Shown here one piece after another: positions 29,002-38,354 of a DNA stretch of 64,000 bases. The DNA lies in assembly GCA_045564655.1 (NCBI GenBank), contig JBJLGX010000020.1, positions 76,654 through 140,653 of the forward strand, in the 5' to 3' direction. Within the stretch, counting starts at the first letter, position 1, and every line of letters begins with the position of its first letter. This DNA is from Dehalococcoidia bacterium (GTDB lineage: Bacteria; Chloroflexota; Dehalococcoidia; Lucifugimonadales; UBA826). The notes beneath the pieces are model-generated. The model was not told the DNA's origin and made no database searches. It saw nothing but the letters and a program-made list of their open reading frames with translations. Position numbers and translations under genes: made by a program.

Positions 29002-29949
29002 ATGACCCTCACTTTTTCAAAAGAAACTAAAACTGCTTTTTTGTTCCCAGGTCAAGGTGCGCAAGTTGTTGGTATGGGGCTTGATTTGTTTAAAAATTCA
29101 AAAGCCGCTAAGAATGTGTTCGAAGAAGTAGACGACGCTTTGGGTAAATCATTGTCGAAACTTATATTTGAAGGTCCTGATGATCTGCTTAAGAACACAG
29201 TTAATGCACAGCCAGCTATTATGTCTGTTAGTTTAGCTTGTATGGCAGCTTTGAAAGAAAACGCTGAGTCTAACCATATTGTTCCAACAGTTCTTGCTGG
29301 ACATAGTTTAGGTGAATATACTGCTTTGGCTGTCGCAGAGGTATTAAGTGTTAAAGATACTGCTTTATTAGTTCAAAAAAGAGGCGAATTTATGCAAAGT
29401 GCGTGTGATACAAATCCAGGCACTATGGCCGCTATTTTAGGGCTTGATGAAATTATTTTAAATGAAATCACAAGAGAGACGGGTACCTATGTTTCTAACG
29501 TAAACACTTCAGAACAAATTGTAATAAGTGGTTCTGATATTGCGGTAGCTCGAGCTTTAGATATGTGTTCAACTCGTGGAGCTAAGAAAGTTATCCCGTT
29601 AAGAGTTGGAGGAGCTTTTCATTCTGGATTAATGGAACCAGCGATTAAAGGATTGATTGATACTATAGAAGGACTTGATTTTCAGGAACCTGTTGTTCCT
29701 ATTATTGCTAACTGCACGGCTGATCCGTTATTTGATTCTAATGAAATCAAATCAGAATTAATTAATCAGATAACAGGATGTGTTAATTGGAAAAAATCAG
29801 TTGATTTTATGATCAAGTCAGGTATCAATAATTTTTTAGAGATTGGGCCAGGAAGAGCTTTAAGTGGAATGGTAAAAAGGATAGATAGATCTGCTGAAAT
29901 ATCAAGCATATCTGATTTGGAATCTATTTTACATTTAAGTAGAAACTAG
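29002..29949 (+). CDS. fabD: Malonyl-CoA:ACP transacylase
   Basis: FLFPGQGAQ, active-site GHSLGEY and GAFHS motifs. Confidence 0.93.
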   Translation: MTLTFSKETKTAFLFPGQGAQVVGMGLDLFKNSKAAKNVFEEVDDALGKSLSKLIFEGPDDLLKNTVNAQPAIMSVSLACMAALKENAESNHIVPTVLAGHSLGEYTALAVAEVLSVKDTALLVQKRGEFMQSACDTNPGTMAAILGLDEIILNEITRETGTYVSNVNTSEQIVISGSDIAVARALDMCSTRGAKKVIPLRVGGAFHSGLMEPAIKGLIDTIEGLDFQEPVVPIIANCTADPLFDSNEIKSELINQITGCVNWKKSVDFMIKSGINNFLEIGPGRALSGMVKRIDRSAEISSISDLESILHLSRN

Positions 29950-29961
29950 AACCTTTTAAAA

Positions 29962-30372
29962 GTGTTGATATTGTCAAAGACTAGACGTGAAATAAGAATG
30001 ATAGTATTACAAGTTTTATGCGAGTCTGATATTGTTTCCCATGATGCGAAAGATGTGTTGGCTAGAGTCGTTTCCGAACAATCAGTCCGGGTTGAGGAAT
30101 CCAAGTTTGCATATCAGTTAGTGCAAAATGTACTTGAAAATATCCCTGAACTAGATAATATAATCGAAGAATACGCTACAGCTTGGCCGATATCCCAGAT
30201 GCCTATAGTGGATAAAAACTTATTACGAATGGCGATTGCAGAAATGCAATTTGGTATTGATGTACCTCAAGGGGCGGTTGTAAATGAAGTTGTTGAGATT
30301 GCGAAGATTTTTGGTTCTGAATCTTCTCCAGGATTTATTAATGGAGTTCTTGGTTCATTACTTGATAGATAA
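29962..30372 (+). CDS. nusB: Transcription antitermination factor NusB
   Basis: RREIR…LQVL N-terminus, VDKNLLRMAIAEM and VVNEVVEIAKIFG…FINGVLG blocks. GTG start. Confidence 0.8.
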   Translation: MLILSKTRREIRMIVLQVLCESDIVSHDAKDVLARVVSEQSVRVEESKFAYQLVQNVLENIPELDNIIEEYATAWPISQMPIVDKNLLRMAIAEMQFGIDVPQGAVVNEVVEIAKIFGSESSPGFINGVLGSLLDR

Positions 30373-30400
30373 TAAGGTTGTGCATAAATAAGGAGAAAAC

Positions 30401-30655
30401 ATGAGCCTTTTAGATAGAGTACAAAAAATAGTTGCTGAAAAATTAAGTGTAGATGAAGAAGAAGTTATCCCTTCAGCTTCTTTTACTGATGATTTAAATG
30501 CAGATTCACTTGATTTAGTCGAACTTATAATGGCTTTTGAGGAAGAATTTTCATCTGGTGATGTGGAAATAGAAATTTCTGATGAAGATGCAGAAGGCAT
30601 TACTACTGTTCAAGCTGCGATAGACTACCTTTCAGATAAAGGCGTTGACGCGTAA
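30401..30655 (+). CDS. acpP: Acyl carrier protein
   Basis: Phosphopantetheine site [20 protein letters not shown]. Confidence 0.92.
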   Translation: MSLLDRVQKIVAEKLSVDEEEVIPSASFTDDLNADSLDLVELIMAFEEEFSSGDVEIEISDEDAEGITTVQAAIDYLSDKGVDA

Positions 30656-30725
30656 ATTTGTAAGGCTAAAACATAATTTTTATCTCCGGCTATGATATAT
30701 TCAGACAATATCATAGGAGATATTT

Positions 30726-31748
30726 ATGAGAGCTGCAGTATATAAAGGTCCACAAAAGTTTGTAATAGAAGATATCCCTGTACGAGATTTAGAACCAGAT
30801 GAAGTTCTTGTTAAGATCAAATATAGTGCTATTTGTGGAACTGATATTCATGCCTATCAGTATGATTTAATTTCTGTTGGACATGTGCCAGGGCATGAAT
30901 ATAGTGGTGTCGTAGAAAAAATTGGATCTTCGGTAAAACTTCTTGAAAAAGGTGATCGTGTTACTGGAGGAGGAGGAACTCCTCCTATTGGATTAACAAC
31001 AATCCCACGGAAACTCAACCAATTTAATTTTAGAGACCAAGGTGTATATAACGATATACACCGGACACGAGGATTTGCAGAATATACAATTCTAAAAGAA
31101 TGGGAACCCTTAAAAGTCTCTAGACAAATATCAGATTTACAAGCAGCCATGATAGAACCTTGCTCTACTGCTGTGAGAGCAATTCGGTCATCTAAGCTTA
31201 AGCTTGGTGATAATGTTTTGATAATGGGTGCTGGTCATATTGGTATGTTGTGTTTGCAAGCTGCGCGAGCAGCAGGGGCATCTAAAATTGTTGTTTCAGA
31301 ACCATCTCCAGAGCGAAGGCATTCAGCTTTAAGATTAGGAGCTGATATTGTTATCGATGCCTTAGATCCTGATGTTGATCAAGCTATAATTTCGGCCATG
31401 GATGACATAGGACCTGATGTTATATTTGACTGTGCAGCAGCTCCTTCTACACTTGATTTAGCATTTGATGTGGTTCGTAAAAAAGGAAGTATTATGCTAG
31501 TAGCTTTGTCCTGGGAAGGAGTTCCGTTAATTCCAATTAAGTGGGTTACAAAAGAGCCTACTATGGCGGTAACGTATGCAGGAGACACTAAAGATTGGGA
31601 AATATCAGCTTCGCTTATAGCAGAAGATAAAATAGATTTGGAAGAAATTTTATCAGACACTGAGTTTATTGACATTGATGATACTCAATCAGCTTTTCAA
31701 AAGGCACTCAAGCCCGGTGGATTCCAGGCTATTCTTAAATTAGATTAA
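30726..31748 (+). CDS. Zn-dependent medium-chain alcohol dehydrogenase family, paralog 1
   Basis: CGTDIH and GHEYSG catalytic-Zn ligands and a GAGHIG Rossmann motif. The structural-Zn Cys lobe is replaced by a GGGGTPP… insertion. Confidence 0.8.
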   Translation: MRAAVYKGPQKFVIEDIPVRDLEPDEVLVKIKYSAICGTDIHAYQYDLISVGHVPGHEYSGVVEKIGSSVKLLEKGDRVTGGGGTPPIGLTTIPRKLNQFNFRDQGVYNDIHRTRGFAEYTILKEWEPLKVSRQISDLQAAMIEPCSTAVRAIRSSKLKLGDNVLIMGAGHIGMLCLQAARAAGASKIVVSEPSPERRHSALRLGADIVIDALDPDVDQAIISAMDDIGPDVIFDCAAAPSTLDLAFDVVRKKGSIMLVALSWEGVPLIPIKWVTKEPTMAVTYAGDTKDWEISASLIAEDKIDLEEILSDTEFIDIDDTQSAFQKALKPGGFQAILKLD

Positions 31749-31803
31749 TATTAATTTCATATCGTTTTGTAAGACAAAGTAGAATTATATTTTGGAGGTA
31801 TTT

Positions 31804-32826
31804 ATGAAGGCTGCTGTATATAAAGGTAATCAAACCTTATCTGTTGAAGATATCCCTATAAAAGATTTAGAGTCTGATGAAATACTCGTAAAAATCAAAT
31901 ATAGTGCTATTTGCGGGAGTGATGTCCATGCTTTTTTATATGACATGGTTGATATTGGACATGTTATGGGGCATGAATATAGCGGTGTTGTGCAAGAAGT
32001 CGGTTCTTCAGTAAACCTTTTTAAGAAAGGAGATAGAATTGCAGGAGGAGGAGGAACTCCTCCCCCTGGTCAGGAAAATCCAATTAGAATTAAAGATCAG
32101 TTTAATTTTATTGATCAAGGAATATATAAAAATACAAAACGGACTAATGGATTTGCAGAATATACTATTCTTAAAGAATGGCAACCCGTCAAATTATCTG
32201 ATGAAATAACAGATCTTCAAGGCGCTCTTATTGAACCGTGTGCTGTTGTAGTTAGGGCTGTAAGGCTTTCTAATCAGAAATTAGGAGATAATGTTTTGGT
32301 GTTGGGGGCAGGTCCTATAGGATTGTTATGTTTGCAAGTTGCAAAAGCTGCTGGAGCATCCAAAATTGTTGTATCAGAACCATCTTCGATTCGTAGAGAA
32401 GCTGCCTTGGCTTTAGGCGCAGATGTGGTTATTGATGCTTTAGATCCTAACATTAATCAGATGATCGTATCTGCTATGGATAATGTAGGTCCAGATATTG
32501 TATTTGAATGTGCGGCTGCCTCCCCTACACTTGATTTAGCCTTGAATGTGGTTCGTAAAAAAGGCAGTGTTATGCTCGTAGCATTATCTTGGGTAGATAT
32601 TCCTTTATTACCAGTTAAATGGGCTGCAAAAGAAATTACTATGTCGACGACGTTTGGGACAGAGTCACAAGATTGGAAAATAGCAGCAGAACTTATATCG
32701 AAAGGTAAAATTAATTTAGATCCAATGCTTTCTAATACTGATTTCATTAAACTCGAGGATATACAAAAAGCATTTGAGAGTTTAATTAAGCCAAGTGAGC
32801 TTCATACTATAATAAAACTACATTAA
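31804..32826 (+). CDS. Zn-dependent medium-chain alcohol dehydrogenase family, paralog 2 (tandem duplicate)
   Basis: Collinear with paralog 1 along its whole length (MKAAVYKG…CGSDVH…GHEYSG…GGGGTPPPG…GAGPIG). Start set at ATG 31804, behind a GGAGG RBS. Confidence 0.8.
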   Translation: MKAAVYKGNQTLSVEDIPIKDLESDEILVKIKYSAICGSDVHAFLYDMVDIGHVMGHEYSGVVQEVGSSVNLFKKGDRIAGGGGTPPPGQENPIRIKDQFNFIDQGIYKNTKRTNGFAEYTILKEWQPVKLSDEITDLQGALIEPCAVVVRAVRLSNQKLGDNVLVLGAGPIGLLCLQVAKAAGASKIVVSEPSSIRREAALALGADVVIDALDPNINQMIVSAMDNVGPDIVFECAAASPTLDLALNVVRKKGSVMLVALSWVDIPLLPVKWAAKEITMSTTFGTESQDWKIAAELISKGKINLDPMLSNTDFIKLEDIQKAFESLIKPSELHTIIKLH

Positions 32827-33251
32827 GTCTTAATGTAGTTGAGGTAATTTTGCAGTATTATGGTAGCTGCATACGAATCTAATGCCCCTTTGTCGCGCTT
32901 AATTCTTTTTGATATATGAGGAACATCTTCAGATTTTTTGATTGCTTCTTGTGTAGACATTCGTTCATCTACAGTTTTGATTTGTATTTTGATATTTTTT
33001 GAAAGTTCTTGTATGAATTGCTCTGTATCTTTAGCTTGTGTTCCTTTTTCCCCTGATGGTAAATATGGCATGCCAACTAGTATCATTTCTATATCTTCCT
33101 TATAAGCAAGTGAGACTATGCTTTTAATGCAATCTCTCCTTTCTATGAAACCCCTAGGGAAAGCGAAACTGTGAGAAGTATCACTTATTGCAATCCCAAT
33201 ACGTTTTGTGCCAACATCTAAGGCTATTATTGGTTTTGATGTTTGATTCAA
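32823..33251 (-). CDS. ruvX: Holliday-junction resolvase-like pre-16S rRNA nuclease RuvX (YqgF)
   Basis: ALDVGTKRIGIAISD N-terminus and DERMST motif. It overlaps the alaS stop by 4 nt, the usual alaS-ruvX pairing. Confidence 0.85.
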   Translation of the reverse strand: MNQTSKPIIALDVGTKRIGIAISDTSHSFAFPRGFIERRDCIKSIVSLAYKEDIEMILVGMPYLPSGEKGTQAKDTEQFIQELSKNIKIQIKTVDERMSTQEAIKKSEDVPHISKRIKRDKGALDSYAATIILQNYLNYIKT

Positions 33252-35914
33252 GAGTTACTCGAATATTCTTTTATCAATACCGATACCATTGATAAAGCAT
33301 CATTTAATTTAGATGGTGATTTGCCACCTGCTTGAGCAATTTCTGATTTGCCACCACCACCTCCATCCATAATTTCGGAAACTTTTTTTGCTATTTCCGA
33401 TGCGTTCACACCTGTATCGGCTAAATCTTTTGTGACCATAATAATAATCATTGGATTTTCATTGATTATTGACCCAATAGCGATAACACCGCTTTTGATA
33501 TGTGTTTTAAGGGAATCGCCTGTTTTCCTCAGTAAATTAGCTGAAGAAGCATTTAGAGTAGTGCATATAAGGTTAATACCATTAATGTTTTCTATGGTTT
33601 CTAGTAATGATTTAGATTCTTGAACAATTAGTTTTTCTTCTAGTATTTCAATTTGTTTTGAATACGTTTCAACTTGATCTATAACAGTAAATATCTTTTC
33701 TTCTAGTTGGTCTGTAGACACATTTAAAGAATCTGATATTTTTGATATTAGTTGAAAGTTTTCTTGTACTAAATTTTCAGCTTCTCGACCACTTACAGCT
33801 TCTATACGTCGCATTCCTGCACCAATACTTGATTCGCCTATTATATAGATAGCACCTAATTCTCCTGTTGTATGCGCATGGGTTCCTCCGCATACTTCAA
33901 AGCTGAAACGACTTCCATTAGCTATTTCGATTAATCTGACTTTCTCTCCATACTTATCTCCAAAAAAGGCTAAGGCCCCGTCTTCTAAGGCCCCAGCATA
34001 AGTATTCTCACTCCGAGATATCAACATGTTTTCTCGGATTTTTCTGTTAACTACAGATTGTATTTTTGACATTTCAGATTCTGAAATGGGTTTCATATGA
34101 CTAAAATCAAAACGTAGCCTGTTCTCAGTAACCAATGAACCTGCTTGTCTAACGTGAGATCCTAAAACCTCCCTTAATGCAGCATGTAGCATATGCGTTG
34201 CAGTATGGTTTCTAGCTGTATCCTCTCTTTTAACACGATCGACTTCAGCTGATACCATATCATTGATGCTAAATTCACCTTCGGTTACTTTCCCGTAGTG
34301 AATTATTATTTCAGGGATTAACTCTTTTGTGTCATATATTTCTATGGTTCCTTTTGCTCCAAATATTTTGCCATTATCTCCTACTTGCCCCCCACCTTCA
34401 GAATAGAATGGGGTTAAATCAAGTATGATTTCTACTTCATCACCTTTAGACACTTTATCTTGAATGCTTGCTTTGTTAATGATTCCAATTATCGTGGAAT
34501 TTGATTCTAGAGAATCATATCCTACGAAAGTAGTTGGACTTAAATTTAATTCTTCATATATTTTTATTTTCCCAAAATCGTTACTGAAATTTGAACTCTC
34601 TCGAGCACGAGTTCGTTGTTTTTCCATTTCATCCTGAAAACCTTTTAGATCTATTTTTATATTTTTTTCAGAAGCTATTTCTTGAGTTACTTCTATTGGA
34701 AAGCCATAAGTGTCCCAAAGCTGAAATAAAATCGCACCTGACAATGATTTGTTTTTAGTTAAGGATTCCTCTAAAACCGTGTAACCATTTTCATATGTCT
34801 GTTTGAATCTTTCTTCTTCTAATTCTAAAACCGATAGTATGAAATCCTTATTGTTGTTTAGCTCAGGATAAGTTTTTTGCATTTGAGATATAACCACTTC
34901 GGCCATCGTTTGCATAAATGATTCTTTTATATTTATTTTCATTGCTAACCTTATGGCTCTTCTTATAACTCGACGAAGTACATATCCTCTACCTTCATTG
35001 CTAGGAACTACCCCATCTGCTATTAAGAATGTTGCACTTCTTGAATGCTCTGCTACAGCCCGAATTGCATAATCTATCTCAAGGGTTTCACCATATTGAA
35101 AAGAAGTTTTATTTAGAACTTCTTTTACTAGAGGTTTAAAAATATCTGTTTCGTACATTGTTGAAGCATTTTGCATTACAAGGGTAGCTCTTTCTAGGCC
35201 CATGCCAGTATCTATGCTAGGTGCAGGTAAGGGGGATTTTGATCCGTCAGGAGAATGATAGTATTGCATAAATACTAGATTCCAGAGTTCTACAAATCTA
35301 TTACAAGTCTCTCCTGTACTCATTATGTTTTCGCAGTTTGGGCCACATGATATTTTTAGGCACCCGGTATTTTCTCCAAAATCATAATGCAATTCACTGC
35401 AAGGGCCACAAGGCCCCTCTTCTCCATGTATAGGAGGCCCCCACCAATTGTCACTATCTCCAAATCTGTGTATCTTTTCTTGGGGTATCCCTACATCTTT
35501 CCATAATGAAAATGCTTCATCATCTGTTTCATGAATAGTTATATCAAATTTTTCAACAGGTATTTTTAAAGATTTTGTTAAGAACTCTAAAGCAAATGCT
35601 ATCGCATCTTTTTTGAAATAATCTCCAATACTGAAATTTCCAAGCATTTCAAATAATGTGTTGTGAGTAGAATCTCCAACAATATCTATATCGGGAGTTC
35701 TAAAACATTTTTGTGATGATGTTAAACGTTTATTTGGAGGAGATTGTTGGCCTGAAAAGAAAGATTTAAACTGGTTCATTCCAGCGATTGTTAAAAGCAG
35801 TGTTGGATCTCCCACAGGTATGAGAGAAGAACTTTGCATTCTTAAATGTCCCTTACTTTCAAAAAATGAAAGAAAGGATTCTCTTATTTCATCACTAGTC
35901 ATAGTATTCATCAC
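33248..35914 (-). CDS. alaS: Alanine--tRNA ligase
   Basis: 888 aa with FTNAGM-like AGMNQFK, FEMLGNFSIGDYFK, editing-domain HTATHMLH…CGGTH and a C-terminal DHHA1 GGGGG motif. Confidence 0.97.
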   Translation of the reverse strand: MMNTMTSDEIRESFLSFFESKGHLRMQSSSLIPVGDPTLLLTIAGMNQFKSFFSGQQSPPNKRLTSSQKCFRTPDIDIVGDSTHNTLFEMLGNFSIGDYFKKDAIAFALEFLTKSLKIPVEKFDITIHETDDEAFSLWKDVGIPQEKIHRFGDSDNWWGPPIHGEEGPCGPCSELHYDFGENTGCLKISCGPNCENIMSTGETCNRFVELWNLVFMQYYHSPDGSKSPLPAPSIDTGMGLERATLVMQNASTMYETDIFKPLVKEVLNKTSFQYGETLEIDYAIRAVAEHSRSATFLIADGVVPSNEGRGYVLRRVIRRAIRLAMKINIKESFMQTMAEVVISQMQKTYPELNNNKDFILSVLELEEERFKQTYENGYTVLEESLTKNKSLSGAILFQLWDTYGFPIEVTQEIASEKNIKIDLKGFQDEMEKQRTRARESSNFSNDFGKIKIYEELNLSPTTFVGYDSLESNSTIIGIINKASIQDKVSKGDEVEIILDLTPFYSEGGGQVGDNGKIFGAKGTIEIYDTKELIPEIIIHYGKVTEGEFSINDMVSAEVDRVKREDTARNHTATHMLHAALREVLGSHVRQAGSLVTENRLRFDFSHMKPISESEMSKIQSVVNRKIRENMLISRSENTYAGALEDGALAFFGDKYGEKVRLIEIANGSRFSFEVCGGTHAHTTGELGAIYIIGESSIGAGMRRIEAVSGREAENLVQENFQLISKISDSLNVSTDQLEEKIFTVIDQVETYSKQIEILEEKLIVQESKSLLETIENINGINLICTTLNASSANLLRKTGDSLKTHIKSGVIAIGSIINENPMIIIMVTKDLADTGVNASEIAKKVSEIMDGGGGGKSEIAQAGGKSPSKLNDALSMVSVLIKEYSSNS

Positions 35915-35944
35915 TTAATAATAAATCACTTTTAATATATATGG

Positions 35945-36910
35945 TTATACATCTACTACACATCTGAATCCTAAATTACCTGTTGAACTATCAGGAGTAT
36001 TAGAAGTTCTTGCTGCTATTCTATATCTATTGCAATACGAATCATGACATAGGTATGATCCTCCCTTTATGGTTTTAGCTGTTCCAATCTTGGGTCCAAC
36101 AGGATTATCTGTTGGACCGTTAATATGAAATGATGTACTAAACCAATCTGATTGCCATTCCCAAACATTACCAGACATATTGTATAATCCGTAACCGTTT
36201 TGGGAATAATATTTTGCTGGAGCAGTTCCTAGAAAACCATCTTCATTTGTGTTTTCATGAGGGAATTCTCCTTGCCATATATTACATAAGTGATTCCCGT
36301 CTTTTGATAAAAGATTATCACCCCAAGGAAATATTTTTTGATTTAATCCACCTCTAGCAGCAAATTCCCATTCTGATTCGGTAGGTAATCTTTTACCTGA
36401 CCAATTACAATATTCAATCGCATCATTCCAAGACACATGTGTTACAGGGTGGTTCATTATAGATTTTATAGTCGTTTTTGGTCCTGCGGGATGTTTCCAA
36501 GAAGCTCCGTCTACTTTTCTCCACCAAGGGGTATTTGGGGGAGATTCAGGTGATATTTTTAAAATATCATCTGGAGTTAAAAGATGGAATACAAAAGACC
36601 ATCCGAATTTTTCTGCTTCAGTTCTGTATTTAGTTGCATTTATAAATTTTGCAAATTGAGAATTAGTTACTGTTGTTTTGTCTATATAGAATGGGTTTAT
36701 GGTTATTTCTCTAACTGGGCCTTCGCCATCTTGTTTAAAAGCCAATTTGTAATCGGTTCCCATTGAAAATTTTCCACCTGGGATCAGAGCCATTTTCCGT
36801 GTATCTGCATTTGTTGATTTAAATGACTTATTAGGTGAGGCAATATGTGTTTCAGACACAGATGATTCTCTTGAAGCTGTGCAACAATTTTCTATATTAG
36901 ATTCTTTCAT
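35945..36910 (-). CDS. Formylglycine-generating enzyme (SUMF1/FGE-sulfatase family)
   Basis: GNVWEW and GGSYLCHDSYCNRYRIAARTSNTPDSSTGNLGFRCV closely follow the canonical FGE catalytic Cys pair region. Confidence 0.85.
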   Translation of the reverse strand: MKESNIENCCTASRESSVSETHIASPNKSFKSTNADTRKMALIPGGKFSMGTDYKLAFKQDGEGPVREITINPFYIDKTTVTNSQFAKFINATKYRTEAEKFGWSFVFHLLTPDDILKISPESPPNTPWWRKVDGASWKHPAGPKTTIKSIMNHPVTHVSWNDAIEYCNWSGKRLPTESEWEFAARGGLNQKIFPWGDNLLSKDGNHLCNIWQGEFPHENTNEDGFLGTAPAKYYSQNGYGLYNMSGNVWEWQSDWFSTSFHINGPTDNPVGPKIGTAKTIKGGSYLCHDSYCNRYRIAARTSNTPDSSTGNLGFRCVVDV

Positions 36911-37023
36911 GATAAAGAATGTAACAGGAGAAATCCTATATGTCAGTACTTTATGCTTAGCAATTTAATCAAATTATGAAAAATGTTGACACTCATTTTT
37001 AAAAAACGTACCATTTGGTAGCT

Positions 37024-37101
37024 ATGTGTTTTAATTATTTTACATATTATTACTTTGGTAGATATTTTATGTTGCCGAAGCACCGTATACTTTCTACATA
37101 G
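37024..37101 (+). CDS. Candidate Phe/Tyr-rich leader peptide (25 aa) of the DAHP synthase gene
   Basis: My translation is MCFNYFTYYYFGRYFMLPKHRILST*. Residues 3-15 contain 4 Phe and 5 Tyr. It lies between a promoter-like element (TTGACA 36986-36991; TACCAT 37009-37014) and an intrinsic terminator. There is no clear SD, so it may be leaderless. Confidence 0.5.
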   Translation: MCFNYFTYYYFGRYFMLPKHRILST

Positions 37102-37123
37102 GTTTGTTTGGAAGTTAAGAAAA

Positions 37124-37158
37124 GGTCTCGAGCAACTAGTGCCGAGACCTTTTTTTTT
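37124..37158 (+). terminator. Intrinsic terminator inside the 5' leader of the DAHP synthase gene (attenuator)
   Basis: Hairpin GGTCTCG-A-GCA / loop ACTAG / TGC-CGAGACC is followed by nine T (37150-37158). The upstream gene is divergent, so this hairpin does not end any gene. Confidence 0.7.
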
Positions 37159-37222
37159 GGATTGATAAAAATAGAATTAATAAAGAATAAAGATTGCCTG
37201 AAGAGTGAAAGGAGTTAATGTT

Positions 37223-38278
37223 ATGAGTATGTCACAAAAAAGTCATGTGGATGGATTGGGCTTTTCCTCCCAGAGACTTTTTAGTCCTTTGGAATTGGTT
37301 GGTAGGATTCCTAGATCTACTAGTGCTGAAAACACAGTTGAGAATGCTCGAGAAATTATACATAACATACTCGAAGGTCAAGATGATAGATTGATGGTTA
37401 TTGTTGGGCCGTGTTCGATTCATGACGATAAAGCTGCTTTGGAATATGCAAAAATGTTACAGGGTATTAAGAATAATATTAATGAAAAGATTTTCTTAGT
37501 CATGAGAGCATATTTTGAAAAGCCTCGTACGACTGTTGGGTGGAAAGGTTTTATTAATGACCCTGATTTAGATGAAACATATGATATTCCATCAGGTTTA
37601 GAAAGAAGTAGAGAACTTTTGCTTAGAATTAATGAACTAGGAATTCCTGTTGCGAGTGAATTTCTTGACCCTGTGGTTCCGCACTATATTGAAGATTTAG
37701 TTTCTTGGGTCGCTATTGGTGCCCGAACAACTGAAAGCCAAACTCACAGACAAATGGCTAGTGCTATTGGAATTCCTGTTGGATTTAAAAACGGAACAGA
37801 TGGTACTTTCCAAACAGCAGTAGATGCTATATTGGCTTCAAAACAAGAACATTCATATGTTGGAACGGGTCCAGATGGTCATGTGTGTGTATTAAGAACA
37901 GAAGGTAACCCCGATGGCCATATGGTTTTAAGGGGAGGCAAAGACGGCCCTAATTATGATGAAGCTTCTGTTGCTAGTGCATTGGAGTTACTAGGTAAAG
38001 AAAATCTTAATAAAAGATTAGTCATTGATTGTAGTCATGCAAATTCAAATAAAGACCATAATATGCAACCAATAGTTTTTGAAAACGTTATTAATCAGAT
38101 CACTAACGGAAATAAGGGCATCGCAGGTGTTATGCTCGAATCTCATATTAATCCTGGGAAACAGGCACTTGGTAAGAATGTTTCTGATTTAGAATACGGA
38201 ACATCTATAACTGACGCATGTGTAGGATGGGGAAAAACGAAAGAAATTTTAGAATGGGCGTCTGAAGAACTTAAGTAA
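37223..38278 (+). CDS. aroG: 3-deoxy-D-arabino-heptulosonate-7-phosphate synthase, class I-alpha (AroF/G/H type; feedback specificity unknown)
   Basis: IVGPCSIHD, KPRTTVGWKG, GARTTESQ.HR and IDCSHANS motifs. Start set at ATG 37223, 8 nt after AAAGGAG. Confidence 0.9.
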   Translation: MSMSQKSHVDGLGFSSQRLFSPLELVGRIPRSTSAENTVENAREIIHNILEGQDDRLMVIVGPCSIHDDKAALEYAKMLQGIKNNINEKIFLVMRAYFEKPRTTVGWKGFINDPDLDETYDIPSGLERSRELLLRINELGIPVASEFLDPVVPHYIEDLVSWVAIGARTTESQTHRQMASAIGIPVGFKNGTDGTFQTAVDAILASKQEHSYVGTGPDGHVCVLRTEGNPDGHMVLRGGKDGPNYDEASVASALELLGKENLNKRLVIDCSHANSNKDHNMQPIVFENVINQITNGNKGIAGVMLESHINPGKQALGKNVSDLEYGTSITDACVGWGKTKEILEWASEELK

Positions 38279-38354
38279 ATTGTTTGCGCATCCGGGCACT
38301 TCTTGTCGATCCCAAGATTTCCATAACGCTCTTTCGGTTTTTAAAAAAATGGGT

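Noticed and set aside
28766-30655. Unusual order rpmF-fabD-nusB-acpP, with no plsX, fabH or fabG here and fabF placed after folC
   Set aside because: This is only a gene-order curiosity. All genes look intact, and I see no sequence feature suggesting novel function.
35945-36910. Formylglycine-generating enzyme as a marker of a sulfatase locus
   Set aside because: No sulfatase (CxPxR substrate) gene is present anywhere in this window, and the neighbours are alaS and the DAHP synthase gene. FGE often sits apart from its substrates, so there is nothing further to claim here.
36960-37222. T-box or metabolite riboswitch upstream of the DAHP synthase gene
   Set aside because: I could not find a T-box consensus (…GGGTGGTACCGCG…), a specifier-loop architecture or any riboswitch core I recognise. 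The region is short, and the aromatic-rich leader ORF plus terminator explains it better. An Rfam scan is still needed.
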